This document shows, one piece after another, positions 11,835 to 24,244 of a stretch of DNA of 64,000 nucleotides. The notes beneath the pieces are model-generated. The model was not told where the DNA came from, searched no databases, and worked only from the letters and a program-made list of their open reading frames with translations. The DNA is from Glaucostegus cemiculus. Lineage: Eukaryota. The position numbers and the translations under genes are program-made. The stretch is taken from NCBI GenBank assembly GCA_976551045.1, contig CDPCPM010000418.1, forward strand, positions 3,472,001 to 3,536,000. Direction: 5' to 3'. Position 1 is the first letter of the stretch, and the number at the start of each line of letters is the position of its first letter.

Positions 11835-13050
11835 AACTTGAATTTAAATTGTATATTCAACAGCAAAACTACCCAAGATGGGTCACTAAAACCCTTGTTA
11901 AAGAGGCAAGTTTAAGGAGAACTTCAAAAAGAAGAAAGAGAGGAAGAGGGACTTAGAGAAAGAATAACAGAGCTTAGGACTGAGGCAGCTGAAGGTATGG
12001 CCACCAGTGGAAGGGGTAAGGAAGGAAGCAACAGAAGAGACTCGAGTTGCAGGAAGGGCAAGTACTTAGTTAAACAGCAAGAAGTATCTTGGCTTGCACA
12101 TATACAATGGACAGTATGCATGACATACTCACAGGAGAGATGACTGTGCAACTGTGGTCTTTCCAAAGGGGTAAGCTCATTCACATTACAGCAAGATTCA
12201 GTGCAAGTAAATCAGAGTAAAACCATTGCCTAGGAGACTCTTTAGATCATACCAGTGGTTACCCCAGTGGAAAGGAGTTATGTCAGCACAAAATGGGAGG
12301 TTAACAGCAACAACAACCCCAACAGCTTCCATAGTATACTACTTTTCACTCATCAAATGCCCCTAGGTGCTTCTCAGGAGGATTATTAAACTAAAATTCA
12401 CAGCAAGCCACATAAATAGGTAAGAGCAGATGGTCAAAACTTTCTTCAAGATGGAAAGTCATTAGGTGCATCTTTGAAGAGAAAAGTAGAAAGGCAAAGA
12501 CTTCTGAAAGGGAATTCCAGAGCTGAGGGTCAGCATCCAAAGGCATAACTGCCAAAAGTGGAGCAATTAGATTCAGGGATAAGAAGCATTTGCAGGGCTG
12601 GACAAGTTTATAGTGAAGGAGGGATTTAAAACCAAGGATGACATCTGTGAAATCAGGATATTTCAGGGCAAACTTCTGTAAGTCTGCAGACAAAAGGATA
12701 ATGGGTGAACAGGATATGATGCAAGTTAGGACCAGTGCAATAAAGTTTTGGTTAACATCAAGTTGACATTAGGTGGAATAAAAGAGACTAGCCAGCAGTG
12801 CATTCTATTAATATAGTCAATAGGTAATAAAGGCATGGATCAAGATTTAAGAGCAGATGAGAGAAGGCTGGGGAAAAATTAGGATGTGTTACAGATGCAG
12901 AAGTTGGTGGTCTTAATGCTGGGACTGATATGTGGCTGAAGGTTCAAATGTGACAACCAGAATGCTAACAGTCTGGCTCGGTTACAGACAGTTGACAGGG
13001 AGAGGAATGGAGTCAGTTGCTAGGAAACAGAGATTATGGGGGATCTGAAG
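11835..13050 (-). mobile_element. Two L2-clade LINE 3' fragments (about 11835-12065 and 12325-13050)
   Basis: Shared motifs gggaattccagagc, gagggatttaaaaccaaggatga (antisense of ILxFKSL), gcaaactt, gagagg. Confidence 0.7.
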
Positions 13051-13099
13051 ACTTCCCAATGCAATTCAACACCATATTACTAGGTAAACTTACCACTAA

Positions 13100-13705
13100 T
13101 GACTGGGGCGTTCAGCAGAGTTCTAAATTTATATCAGAACTAGGAGGTTATAGCTATCAGGAAAATCTGAACAGAGGAGGGCTAATATCTCTGGAAAAGG
13201 GCTGGCTTGATAGAGGCTTTTAAAATGAGGAAATGGTTAGATAGGCTAAATGTAGAGCAGATGCTTCCACTCACATAGGAGTACAAAACCAGGAGCTATA
13301 AATAGAAGATAGTCACTAATAAATATAATAAAGAATTCAAGAAAAATCTCTGTTTATTGTTTGCTGTGAATGTTAAATTCCCCATAACAATTAATCATCA
13401 TTCCTTCTTTGTCACTTTGTCTAAATATTGAAGCTCCCTGTCTTCAACAGCAGGACAGTAGGTAGCTCATCACTATTTCCCAAGGGCAATTTGGAATGGG
13501 CAAAAAATGCTGGTCTTGGCAGCAATGTTCATACCCCATTATATAAAAGGGAACAATCAAAACTAGTGATATTGATACATTTAAGAAAAAGATATTGTGG
13601 GTACATGAGGGAGAAAGGGACAGCATGATTGAAGAAGTAGTGGGGGAGATTTGCATTGAAGATAAAATCCAACCCAGAACACTGGGCTGAATGGCCTGCT
13701 AGGAT
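13100..13705 (+). mobile_element. CR1 3' end interrupted (about 13350-13545) by another retroelement 3' end
   Basis: ISELGGYSYQENLNRGGLISLEK peptide; tail ctgggctgaatggcctg; insert contains gctcatcactatttcccaagggcaatttggaatgggcaaaaaatgctgg. Confidence 0.75.
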
Positions 13706-14324
13706 ATGCATTGTGAAGTGAAAGACATATATAAACATATCATTGCAACTTCAGACATTTTATTTGATTTAAAACTTCTGAAGAGCTATTATTTATTAGA
13801 AAAAATAACATTGTATTTTAGAGAAACGTATTATCCAGTTAAAAAGTACATAATGTGTACTGAATTTTGGAAGGAATTAATTTCAATTGCTACAAGTCCT
13901 GGGTATTTAAACATAACTTGGAATCATGCAATTGATAAGGCTTACTGATGTGCTCCACTCATGGGCTGTAGTAAAGGATTGAGATTACACGTCATAAACA
14001 TATCAAAGATCCCCAATACCACTATGGGTTTGCCTCAAATAACCTGTGTCATTGGCAACATAGCCTTTGGAATTGGACAAAAGTTACCCTGCTGCTGTAT
14101 TGGGCATGGTTCCGAAGGTGATGGACAGAATAACTGAGGGGTAAGAGATGCAAACCAGTCAGTCTGAAGGAACTGGATGTAAATTATTCAGAGGGCTTTG
14201 CTAACTGCATTGTTTCGGTAATCACTAGATAATGACCAGGTTTTTTTGCTTCAGGAGACATCAAGCAGTATTTTCCATTAGGCAGTCACTTATATGTGGA
14301 GCTTTAAAGTACTTTTTTTTGCCT

Positions 14325-14459
14325 CTCCACTCTGATGCAGGGTTTCAACCCAAAACGTCAACAATTCCTTTCCCCCTGCAGATGCTGCTCGATCTGCTGA
14401 GTTCCTCCAGCAGATTGTTTGTTGCTCCAGATTCCAGCATCTGCAGTCTCTTGTGTCTC
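14325..14459 (+). mobile_element. Short Penelope-derived element with minimal hammerhead-ribozyme-like motif
   Basis: ctgatgca-gggtt-tc-aaccc-aaaac-gtc (14332-14359), then gatgctgctcgatctgctgagttcctccagc...ccagcatctgcagtc; close copy at 16795-16925. Confidence 0.75.
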
Positions 14460-14694
14460 CAGAAAAAGAATGTGAAAGGAGGGTGGCAAATGGCAACAAA
14501 AGTAATTACATTTTCAAGTTCTGTCTGATTACAGGAAATAACACCAATACACTCCTTAATATGCTAGAAGAAAAGAGTTGAGGGAGAGGGTCTGAATTGG
14601 ACTGAAACAAAAACTGTTCCAAGTCCAAAAAGGAGATGGGCACCGCTGGAATAATCCTATTAAAGGGGACTTACTGTGCACTCTTCCATTTCAG

Positions 14695-15276
14695 GGCACT
14701 TTCCCAAGCAACTGTGGGAGATGCAAACCTGCCTTTTTACACATTCCATTCCCACTATCCAGGGACCTAAATGATTCACTCACACATCTTCCAATTTAGT
14801 GTATTGCATTCTATGCTCATGATGTGGTCTCCTCTGCACTGGAGATGCTGGGGAAGTGGTGGAAGCAGATACAATAGCAACATTTAAGGAGCATTGACAT
14901 TAGCACATGAACAGGCAGGGAATGGTGGGACATAGACCATGTGAAGGCAGAGGGGATTAGTTTGGATTGGCAGCATAGTCAACACAGACATCATGGTCTG
15001 AAGGACCTGCTCCAGTGCTATCCTAATCCACGTTCTATGTTTAAACATAGCTTTGGCGACTGCTTTGCAAAAACACTCGGTCAGTCCTCAAGGGTGACCC
15101 TGAGCTTCCAGCCACCTGTCACTTTAGTTCTCTGTCCCACTCCCACACTGACCTGTCTTTAGCCCCCCATATTGCTCCAATGGTTTCCAGTGTAAGGTCA
15201 AGGAAGAGCATCTCATCTTCTAACTAGTTACAATTCTTAATATTATAAGGGTCTTAATATTGAGTTTAACCATATC
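14695..15276 (+). mobile_element. Penelope-like element GIY-YIG endonuclease remnant, with a CR1 3' fragment inserted at about 14846-15040
   Basis: TIQGPK, SSNLVYCILCS*CGLLCTGE | KHSFGDCFA, HFSSLSHSHTDLS, KVKEEHLIF, GLNIEFN match the PLE GIY-YIG C-terminus. Confidence 0.85.
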
Positions 15277-15734
15277 TGTTAAATCCAACCCCCCTCCCCG
15301 CCCCACCCAACACACACAACCCTTTCTCACAGATGTGTTTCAATTATAGGCTGTGCCCTGGTAATGAAGAGGTTCCATTTTCTCAAGCGTACATAAGTTG
15401 ATTTTGTTCATAAATTAGAAAAAACACCAAAAATCACTCAATATTATTCTACAATATTATAATGAATGGCATCAAAAGCACATAAGACTGATAAGGAAGA
15501 ATAACTACTAATAGTGGAGAGTGACTGAGGAAACCAGTTCTTCTGTTTGTAGGGATGGATGTATGTACATACGTCAGATCTTTGAATTTAATCTTATTAT
15601 GGGAGCTTGTTTGTACATGAGTGTGTCTGTAAGCTGGGCATTTGTAACACAGGGATGGCCTGTAGTTTTGTTGAAAATTATTTGAGTCATTTTGTTTCAA
15701 CTGCTGTACTGCCTTTTAAAGTAGTTGTTAGCTT

Positions 15735-15915
15735 GTCTTAGTTGGTTTGCACTCTATCACAGACAATCCATCCATTCCCCTCACCCCTCCCTCTCTCGGC
15801 AACTTATCATCTCATTTTCCCAGTTCTGAGGAAAGGTCCTTGACTCTGTTTCTTTCTCCACTGATGCTGCCTGACCTGCTGAGCACTTCCAGCATTCTTC
15901 GTTTTGGTTTTGGAA
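15735..15915 (+). mobile_element. Penelope terminal repeat with partly deleted hammerhead motif
   Basis: cagttctgaggaaaggtccttgactctgtttctttctccactgatgctgcctgacctgctgag. Confidence 0.75.
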
Positions 15916-15929
15916 TTCAACAGCAAGTC

Positions 15930-16400
15930 CAGAACAGAGGAAGAAATAAAGAGAGGAAAAGAACATTTGGATTGATTGAGAAAGACAGAGTAAGAGAGAG
16001 GGACAATACAGCAGGGGAATATGGAAACATGAATTTATCATTTGAAATTTCCAACAACAATTAATACTTGAACAAATGAGACTTCAATCTAAATCGATCA
16101 TTTCAGCACCAGTGAGATTGATTTATCGTAATTGACACTTAACACATCATTAAATGGGTCCTTAGCCTTGAAATGATCAAATTTAGTTTTTGTTAGCAGG
16201 TTTCATTTGCATTTACTGATCAAATGCCACAACATCACAGCATTCAGTGCCTCTCAATGGTGAGCCAGCAACATGATGTCACTTTCATAAAGCTGACAGA
16301 AGAGTGGTTTAATGCAGAAAAGAAACTTCTGGATTTTCATGTTTAATCATGCATTTTCCACCCTAGTCTGAAATTACAGTACTATTCAGCAATAATCAAG
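15930..16400 (+). repeat. Old unclassified interspersed repeat (family of 1430 and 5720)
   Basis: By-eye similarity to the two other copies. Confidence 0.45.
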
Positions 16401-16689
16401 GGAGTCAATGGCCTGGCATGTTAATTACCCTAATTCAGCTCCCATTTACTGATGGCCTCATTAACTCCTCTCACCTAATTTCCCCACTTCCCCACCTCTC
16501 CACTTTGAGATAGTGAAGGAAAAATAAATAAACTTATTTTAATGGAACCATCTTCATGTCCTGCATGCTGCAAGGGACTATGTGGAATTAATCTTTGAAG
16601 TGGGGTCAGGGAAATATGGCAACTGTAGGGACATATGGCAACTAGCTGGGAAGACTCAAATGTCAGAACAAAGAATGATCCGATAAGCT

Positions 16690-16975
16690 CAAAAGCAAGT
16701 ACTACAGATGCTGGAAATCTGTAGAAGATCAGGCTGTTTCTTTCTCCACGGATACGGAGTTAACAATTATGATGAGAACTATTCGACCTGAAGTGTCCTG
16801 ATGCAGGGTTTTGACCTGAAGCATCAATAATTCCTTTCCACCAACAGATGCTGCTTGACCCGCTGAGTTCCTCCAACAGATTGTTTGTTGCTCCAGATTC
16901 CAGCATCTGCAGTCGCTTGTGTCTACAAACCGATGCCACCTAACCTGCTGAGTATATCCAGTATTTTCTGTTCTT
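16690..16975. mobile_element. Composite Penelope-derived repeat: older inverted pair with a younger hammerhead-bearing copy nested at 16795-16925; sits inside a - strand DeuSINE
   Basis: Left arm aaaagcaagtactacagatgctggaaatct; right arm gatgccacctaacctgctgagtatatccagtattttctg; nested tgtc-ctgatgca-gggttttgacctgaagcatc. Confidence 0.7.
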
Positions 16976-17059
16976 GACAATAATAATCTCCTCTGTTTAT
17001 ATTGAATGAAGGTTAAGTGCTGACCAAGGCACTGGGAAAAAAATCCGTTATATTTTAGA

Positions 17060-17480
17060 ATCAGCACAGTAAAGGCTATTTGGCCCATAATGCCTGTTAC
17101 ATCTCTCTCACAAAGCTATTTATCAGCAACAGCCCCCACCACCACTCTTTTCCTTATGCTTGAAAAATTGTTACTTTTTAATATTTATCCAAATGTCTTT
17201 TTAAAGCTATTATAGAAACTGCATTCACCACTTTTTCAGGTAGTGAGATGCTGACCAGAACTGTTCCCTGGTTAAAAAATTCTCACTGCCATTTTGCCAG
17301 CTGAGTCTTTGCCCTCTGGTGTCCTGTCAATGGAAACAGTTTCCAACTATTCTATTCTAAACCTCTCATAATCTTGAACATCTGTATTAATTTTCCCCTT
17401 AACCTTCTCCATTCTAAAGGTAGAACTTCTGTTGTCTTTCCAGGTAACTGATTTTCCTTAATTTCCTGTTACCGTTCTGA
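17060..17480 (-). mobile_element. Decayed CR1 3' end
   Basis: aaggctatttggccc tail; aacctctcataatcttgaacatctgtattaa. Confidence 0.75.
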
Positions 17481-17876
17481 TCACTTCCTTGGCATCTTCT
17501 CAAAGGTCCTGACATCCTCCTTGAAGTTAATGCTGGTGTCGTGGGGTTGAGGGTGGAGGTTGAGATTGTGAATTGGAGCTGATGCTTCAGCCTGAGGACT
17601 AACCATTGATTTTGACTGCTGAAGATTAAGAACCATGACATGATCAGTGTGATACTCAGTATCTTTATCAATCACCTTTGCAGGGATAATGGGGGAAGAT
17701 TGGGGGGAAATAGATACCAATAACTGGGACCTGAATTTGTTTTTAGTTTAAATCAAAAACTGAAAGATGAAGCTAATAATAATTGATAAATAATTGGATT
17801 CTCCCAAAAGCAAAACTGTAGGTGCTGGAAATCTAAAAGAATGAGGATGAGAACACTCAGTGGGTCAGGTAGTATC

Positions 17877-18300
17877 AATTTTGCCATCAGGGAGGAGGTT
17901 TAAATGTATCAGGGCAAGAACAACCAGGCTGAACAATAGCTTCTTTCCGCAAGCCATCAGAACTGCAAACTCTCTCATCCCTCCATCGTCCTTGCTAACA
18001 CTAAGAGATGCTAGGTGCACAGAAATGCACCAGCACTTTAAATGCCCGCCACCAGCCCGTTCACTTTAATAACTATTTATTTATTTACCGGCCATTTTTA
18101 ATTTAATCTGCGTATTAATTTAATTTTAACTTCCGTAGTTTTTAATGTTTAATGTTTTTTAATGTTTATTCTGTTAAGTGTGTCTGTGTGTCTCTGTTGG
18201 TTGTTATTTAATGGGACGAGCACCTGAGGAGGACGGTATCTCGCTCCTATGCATACTATGTATGTATATGGTTGTGACAATAAAACTGATTCTGATTCTG
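17877..18300 (+). mobile_element. Rex1/Babar-clade LINE 3' end inserted into a - strand Penelope terminal repeat (17808-17876 and 18301-18360)
   Basis: LPSGRRFKCIRARTTRLNNSFFPQAIRTAN is the typical Rex1 C-terminus; ends gtgacaataaaa(ctgatt)n; ATC duplicated at the junctions. Confidence 0.88.
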
Positions 18301-19214
18301 ATCTGAGGAAAGAGAAGAGATTCACACATCAGATTGAACATCCTTCATTACAATTGGGAAAAGGATATTCCAGGACTGGAAACAGAACTATTTTTTATTT
18401 TTAATAATAATTGTGATTGCCCTGGTACAGAATCATAGAGTGGAAGCAAACAGCTCAACGCTTTGATTGCTCCAGTGCGATTTTTTGTGCTAACTGCAAA
18501 AGCCCCTAAGGCCTATCTGGAAAATACTTTTATTTTTTTTACAATGACATGGCTCTGTGCAGGCAATAAATATCAACCAGACAGAATTTTACATTTTCAT
18601 TCATTTTGCTTTAAGGGGCCACATGTGGCTTTTTAAAAATATTCTTATAGTCATTTATTTGTGGGATGCACTGGTCAGTGGTGTGATAATGAACAGCAAA
18701 ATCACGGGCAGAAATGAGATGAAAAACAAAAGGAATCCACAATAACATGAAAGAAATTTAAGTTTTTCTTACAGAAATAATTAAGACAAAGGCTGAACTA
18801 ATCCATAATTGCTATAGGTAACAATTTAGTTGAGCTTAAAAGATGCCTTAACTTTTGGTCCCTATTGAGTTGTATAAATTCTCAAAAACACACTATTTTG
18901 CTGAACAATGAAAAACCGGAAAAAAAACAAGGCCAAACTTAACAATAAATAAAAACTTGAAGAATTCAAGCCCTAACAATAATAACAAATTGATTTTGCA
19001 GTTTGCAGGAAAATAGCAATCAATGTTTTGAGCTGTTTGCCTCCAGCATATTAATCTCCACCAGAACAACTTCAATTATTATTAACCTCATTTCTTAATG
19101 GCAAGTTAGCACATGAAAATAATGACTCCTGTTCTATAATGGCTTAAAACAGAGAATTTCACCCCCCCCCCCCCCCTCTACATTTCCTTTATCCCTGTTC
19201 CATGTTAGCAATGA

Positions 19215-19620
19215 CAACTTGCAAAATCGTACAGGACAGATTTACTTCAATATAGTAAAATATGCCACAAACAGGATTTCAACACAAGGCCTCATATGAA
19301 GATATTACAGGAAATCACCAAAAGCTTGGTCAAAGATTTTAAGTAATATCGTAAGACAGGAAATTTTGATCCCTAGGACCTTAGCCATTGAAAGCACAGT
19401 GCAATGATCAAAATTAGGGCTTGTCTTGAATCAAAGGAATGCAGATGTTCTGGGAGAGTGGTAGGGTCAGAGGGGATACTGAAATAGGCAAAGATAAAGC
19501 CAGGGAAGGAATTAAAAAGAAGACTGAAAATTTTAAAATTGAGGTGTTGTTGAGTCAGGAGCCAATATGGGTCAGCAAGCATCGAGGTGGTGAGTGTACC
19601 AGACTTGGTGTAAGTTAAGA
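19215..19620 (-). mobile_element. L2-clade LINE 3' end
   Basis: LADPYWLLTQQHLNFKIFSLLFNSFPG resembles the L2 LHWLP..RIxFKILxLxFK motif. Confidence 0.75.
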
Positions 19621-20220
19621 ATGTCAATCCTACTTCTACTTCAAAGTCATTCCATTTCAAATGAGATACTCAATGAACTTTGAGGGTAGAAATAGATATA
19701 GCACATCACTTTCTCAGCAGTCAGTATTGGCTGAACCTTGACCTCAAGGTGCAGCAGGGACACAGTGTGTTATGTTCTTCAATGTTAATTGTTGGCCAAG
19801 GCTTTTCAATGTGGCCTGAGCTTTGTTGCTCAGTAATAAAGGTCATTCGCTATGTTTCTAACAGTGTGTTTCTGACAATATCTCATACTTTCCAGCTCTA
19901 GAAGCTAATTCATTGGCAATAACACCTTTCATGGATTAGATAATTGAACTCACTAGAGAAAACAATGATGATTTGACTTGTTGTTAATTCAAAGCAAAAG
20001 TGAGAGAAGTTAAAAGGATTCTCTGGAGGCAATCAGAGATCAGGTTGCAAAGTCATTCAGAGTATCTTGGGGAAGTTTAGTTTACTTTTCCTCTACCAGC
20101 TTCCCAAGGCCACCCCCAACCCTAAACTCTGTCAGGGTGGCTGTGGCTTAATATATACCACTCTTCCCTTGGAGCCAGAAGGTTGTGGATTCAAATCTCA
20201 GTCCAAAGACTAGACCACAA

Positions 20221-20810
20221 TTCTCCTTCTTAGGCAATCCCTCAGACTTCCACTCTGGGGTTTTCTGGCTTCTGAGGTGGCCCATGACGCCAATGTGGAA
20301 CTGCAGACTCATCTGGAGGTGGGCAGATGGATGGTTGGTGAGGAGGCACCCTCCTTTCACCACTTTCAGAGGGCCTCTGTATGCTTCCAATGCATGGCCT
20401 CAAGGTCCTCAATTCCATCCTTAATGTTTCTTCTTTACTTTGAGTGAAGATGGGCTAGAGATTCCCAGGAGTCAGTGGAGGTGTTGCATTTCTTCATGGA
20501 GGCGTTGATTAGATCCATGAATCTTTTCTCGTGTCCGAAACAGAGTGTTTGTTCTGGGAATCTGGAATCAGGCTTGTGAATGACACTTGGTCTACTGAAC
20601 ATAACAAGAGCCTCAATAACGGGGATGTTGGCCTGGGAGAAGACATGGACGTTAGTTCCTTTATTCTTCCAGAGAATTTGGAGAATTTTGTGGGAACAGT
20701 TTTGCTGGATTTTAGAGCCTTGAGATGCCTGCTGCAGATCTCAGAAGCAGATCTGATGGACCATGAGTTTTGTCTGAGAGTCACAATACATAGCATAACA
20801 CTTCCTGCTC
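20221..20810 (-). mobile_element. RTE-clade LINE 3' portion inserted into a + strand DeuSINE (head 20131-20220, remainder about 20830-20940)
   Basis: Frameshifted ASE..SRHLKAL, KILQILWKNKGTNVHVFSQANIPVIEAL, ASMKKCNTSTDSWESLAH; terminus gagggattgcctaagaaggagaa. Confidence 0.85.
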
Positions 20811-21665
20811 TATTGGGTGAATTTCAGATTGTTTTAACATCTCAGATGGGGTGTTACAGATTTTATGGTGCTAATTCGAAGAACATAGGAGTTTTCCTAG
20901 TGACTTAGTCAATGTTTATTCCTCAACTTCACAAATAATAAAAGAAACACATATTCAGGATTCAATTCGCATGAGTTGCTACGTGATGGATTTACCGCAT
21001 ACAAAACCAGATAACTTCCATCCTAATGTCTTCAGAAGGACTTCAAGCTAAAGCCCCTCTGCATACTGTGGTGGATCTATAAGATGCAGCTGGAAGGAAA
21101 CCTGCCATTTATACTTCCAGCAAATACAGGACTAACTGACTATTTACTGCCTTGCAGTTTGTGGGATTTTACTAGTTTCAAATTGGCCATGGCATTGACC
21201 TTTTTACTGGCTGCAAGAAGTTGATGATGAGAATACCAAATTATAAAATACAAGATTTTTTTTAATAACTGTGTTTTAAAATCCAGCATATTTTTTGTCA
21301 CCTCCAGAGTTTCAAACCATCCAGGATTGACTTGGAGTCTCTAGAAACCTTCACAATAGTGCTGTAAGCAATACCCAGACAGAACCTTACAAGATGTTAA
21401 ACAAAATTTTGCTTATTTTAGTTACAAAGTGACTGGAGATGGTAAAAAGCCCTGTTTCACTTGCTGTCCAAGGCTTATTCAATTAAGTATCAAACTACCT
21501 ATTCCAGTTTACAGCTGGCTGTGGAGTGGCTATGTACTGAAATGAGGGAGCAACAGGGACAGGGCTTACCAATGAGAGAAGTTATTTGAGTAAATCTCCA
21601 GGAACATCTACAGAAATGTGGGCAACATTAATGTGTGTCTTATGAAGTGCAAGTATTGGCTACAT

Positions 21666-22090
21666 GTGTCAGCTGTAACTTAGTTGGCAGCATCTTGCCT
21701 TCAGAGTTAGCAGATTCTGAATTTGTCCTGCCACAGGGACTTGACCATAATATTTAAGCTAATGCTCCTGAGACTATTACTGTGAGGGTGCTGAACAGAC
21801 CCAGTCTGTTCTTTCAGGTGGATTTAAAACCCCTCATAGCACTAATTCGAGGAAGAGCAAGGTAGTTAACCTTAGTGCCCTGGCGGGTAACTAACTAACA
21901 ACCCAATGTCACAAAATCAAGTTGTTTAGTTATTAGCCCAATGCTTATTTTTGTAATTACCATGTATAAATTGGATGCTATTCCTGCATGATTGGTAATA
22001 AAGTAGTCTTGAAGTTTGCTGTTCCAAAATGCTTTGGGATGTCTCAAAAGCGATGTGAAAAGTACTGTATACATTGAAGCCTTTTCTTCC
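21666..22090 (+). mobile_element. DeuSINE, near full length
   Basis: tRNA-like head gtcagctgtaacttagttggcagcatcttgcc; caggtggatttaaaac..gaggaagagcaagg core; gctttgggatgtc tail. Confidence 0.85.
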
Positions 22091-22792
22091 CTCATTAGGA
22101 TTTAAAAAACATCACAACTCAGATCTCCTACCTCCTAGCCCCTTTCACTTGATTTTGTACCAAGCAAGTAAATAATTTCCCATTTAGTCCCACTCCCACT
22201 TAATATCTGCAACAACACTTCTTACTCCTTCCTTACACACAATATTTTAGTGACCACTAAAATGTTACTGGTGAGGAGGGAGCAAGAAAACCGGATTGTT
22301 CTGATCCACTCAGTCTACACTATATGCACCATGTTCACAGGTGCAAGGAGATTTATTCTGTAGGACATTAACAGCACAATGATAAAAGACAATGCATGAC
22401 TGGTTAGACCTCAGATCTAAATAAATTCTTCAACAATGAGGTTGGCATTCACTAAAATTTCTGTGTTTACATTTTTCTCTCCAAGATAGTGCTGAACCTT
22501 CTTAAACAAACCTCTTTGCCTCAAAATATGAATATTCAACATACAGCAAATTATAACAGCAGCAGTAACACAATTAAAATGATAAATGACTTTCTCAAAA
22601 AGGATTTCCCCTGCTCTGGGTTTCAATAAGGGATTTCTTCAAAATAGAAGGACTTTATTTAGCTTTTTACTGTTCTAACAGGCTTCATCGTCATCAGTCC
22701 ATCAACTGCCACAGGAGATCTTGAAGCTCCTCTATAAAGCAGAGACTTGAACTCTTGTGTAATGTTTTGAAGTATTTGCGATTGAATACTTG

Positions 22793-23160
22793 TGTCAGCT
22801 CTGCCATGTCTGAGTTAGAGAGTGCAGGTACAAGTTCCTAGTCCAATGCAGAGTGAGGGAACACTGCACGGTCAGAGGTACCACCATTTAATGAGCTGTT
22901 AGCTGAGGCCTCCTCTGCCCTTTCACGTGCTCTCAAAAAAATACCATGGCTCTATATAAAGGAAAGGTTTTGTCCTGGCCAATATTTATCCCTCAATCAA
23001 TTCAAGAAAAGATGATTTTCTTTTACCTTTTTATTGTTTCTGGAATCTTTTAGTGGTTAATCTGGCTCCTGGACTACACGAATATAGGTTGCTGTCATGG
23101 GATATCTTCTGTGAACTCTTCAGGAACTTTGAGGATGAGGAAAAGATGCACCATCAAAGG
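22793..23160 (+). mobile_element. DeuSINE
   Basis: gagggaacactgcacggtcagaggtacc...gtcctggccaatatttatccctcaa. Confidence 0.85.
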
Positions 23161-23894
23161 CGGTTGGATTTAGAGAAAAGCTATAATATAGGTCATATGC
23201 CTACAACATATTTGGGAGGACTCAAGCTAAAGTAGACACCATCTCCAAAGCTAGATCAATCATGTCAATGAAAGTATATGTTGTAAGTGCTGTTTTGTTT
23301 GCCCTTGGGCTTCTGTGGCCTGAGCCAGCCACTATAAACTGAATATTAAAGAAGAACCTATAATACTTGAGGTTTCATCAGCAGAAATGAGATGGACCAG
23401 GAAATGAATAAATGTGTGAATTATTATATGGTTTGTTACAAGATCAAGTCAACACTGGACAGCAGCATCATTTTCCATGCAGTGCACCAGATCTATTCAT
23501 TAATGATCTCACAGTTCTCCACAATTGCTATTGCAATAAATGTGATACTTTTATTTCTTGAAAGCTTTTGTCTAAAACCTTTCTATCTGTAGAACTAATA
23601 TGATTTATCGTAAGATTGAGACTCATCAACAAGCTTACATGGGCCTCACACCCAGCAAAACCCCTCCCCCTCCAAAGGCACATAAATGCACTGGGTCATA
23701 GGTTCCAGTGATGTCAGAACCCTGAATATCAGCCAAGCAGCCATTATGTACGTACAAATAGGGCTACCAAAACCAATTGAACATGGTCCAGAAGTTTCTC
23801 ATCACCTGGACTGTCTTTATCAACTGTGCTCTCCAGCCGAACAACCCTTTTGCTCCATTACAATATTTTCATAACTAATAAAAAAGTGGTTAAA

Positions 23895-24240
23895 TGCCCC
23901 AATACACTTCTGAGTACCATTATCAAACAAAATTGCACACTGATCCAGAAAAGGAGATTCTGGAACAGGTGACCAAACCTTTGTCACTGAGTTAGGTTCA
24001 AGGAGGGTTTTAGAAGGAGACAGTAGAGGTTCAAAGATGGAATTCTAGAGCTTAGCGTTCAGGTAGCTGAAGGCAAAACATCCAACGATGCAATGAAGAA
24101 AACCAGGAGTACATAAAAGATGAAAGTTGCAGGAGCATAGAGAAGGCACTGCAGGGGTTTTTGCAATGAACAGAAGTGAAGCAATGGAGGGATTTAAAAG
24201 CAAGGATGAGGATGTTAGACCTTCAGTTGCCAGACTGAAA
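23895..24240 (-). mobile_element. L2-clade LINE 3' end
   Basis: ggtgaccaaaccttt, ggaattctagagcttagcg..ggtagctgaaggca, ggagggatttaaaagcaaggatgag. Confidence 0.75.
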
Positions 24241-24244
24241 ACAA

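Noticed and set aside
22682-22750. + strand acceptor followed by F-box-like VHQLPQEILKLL
   Set aside because: The frame stops after 22 codons, with no donor or supporting exons; likely chance
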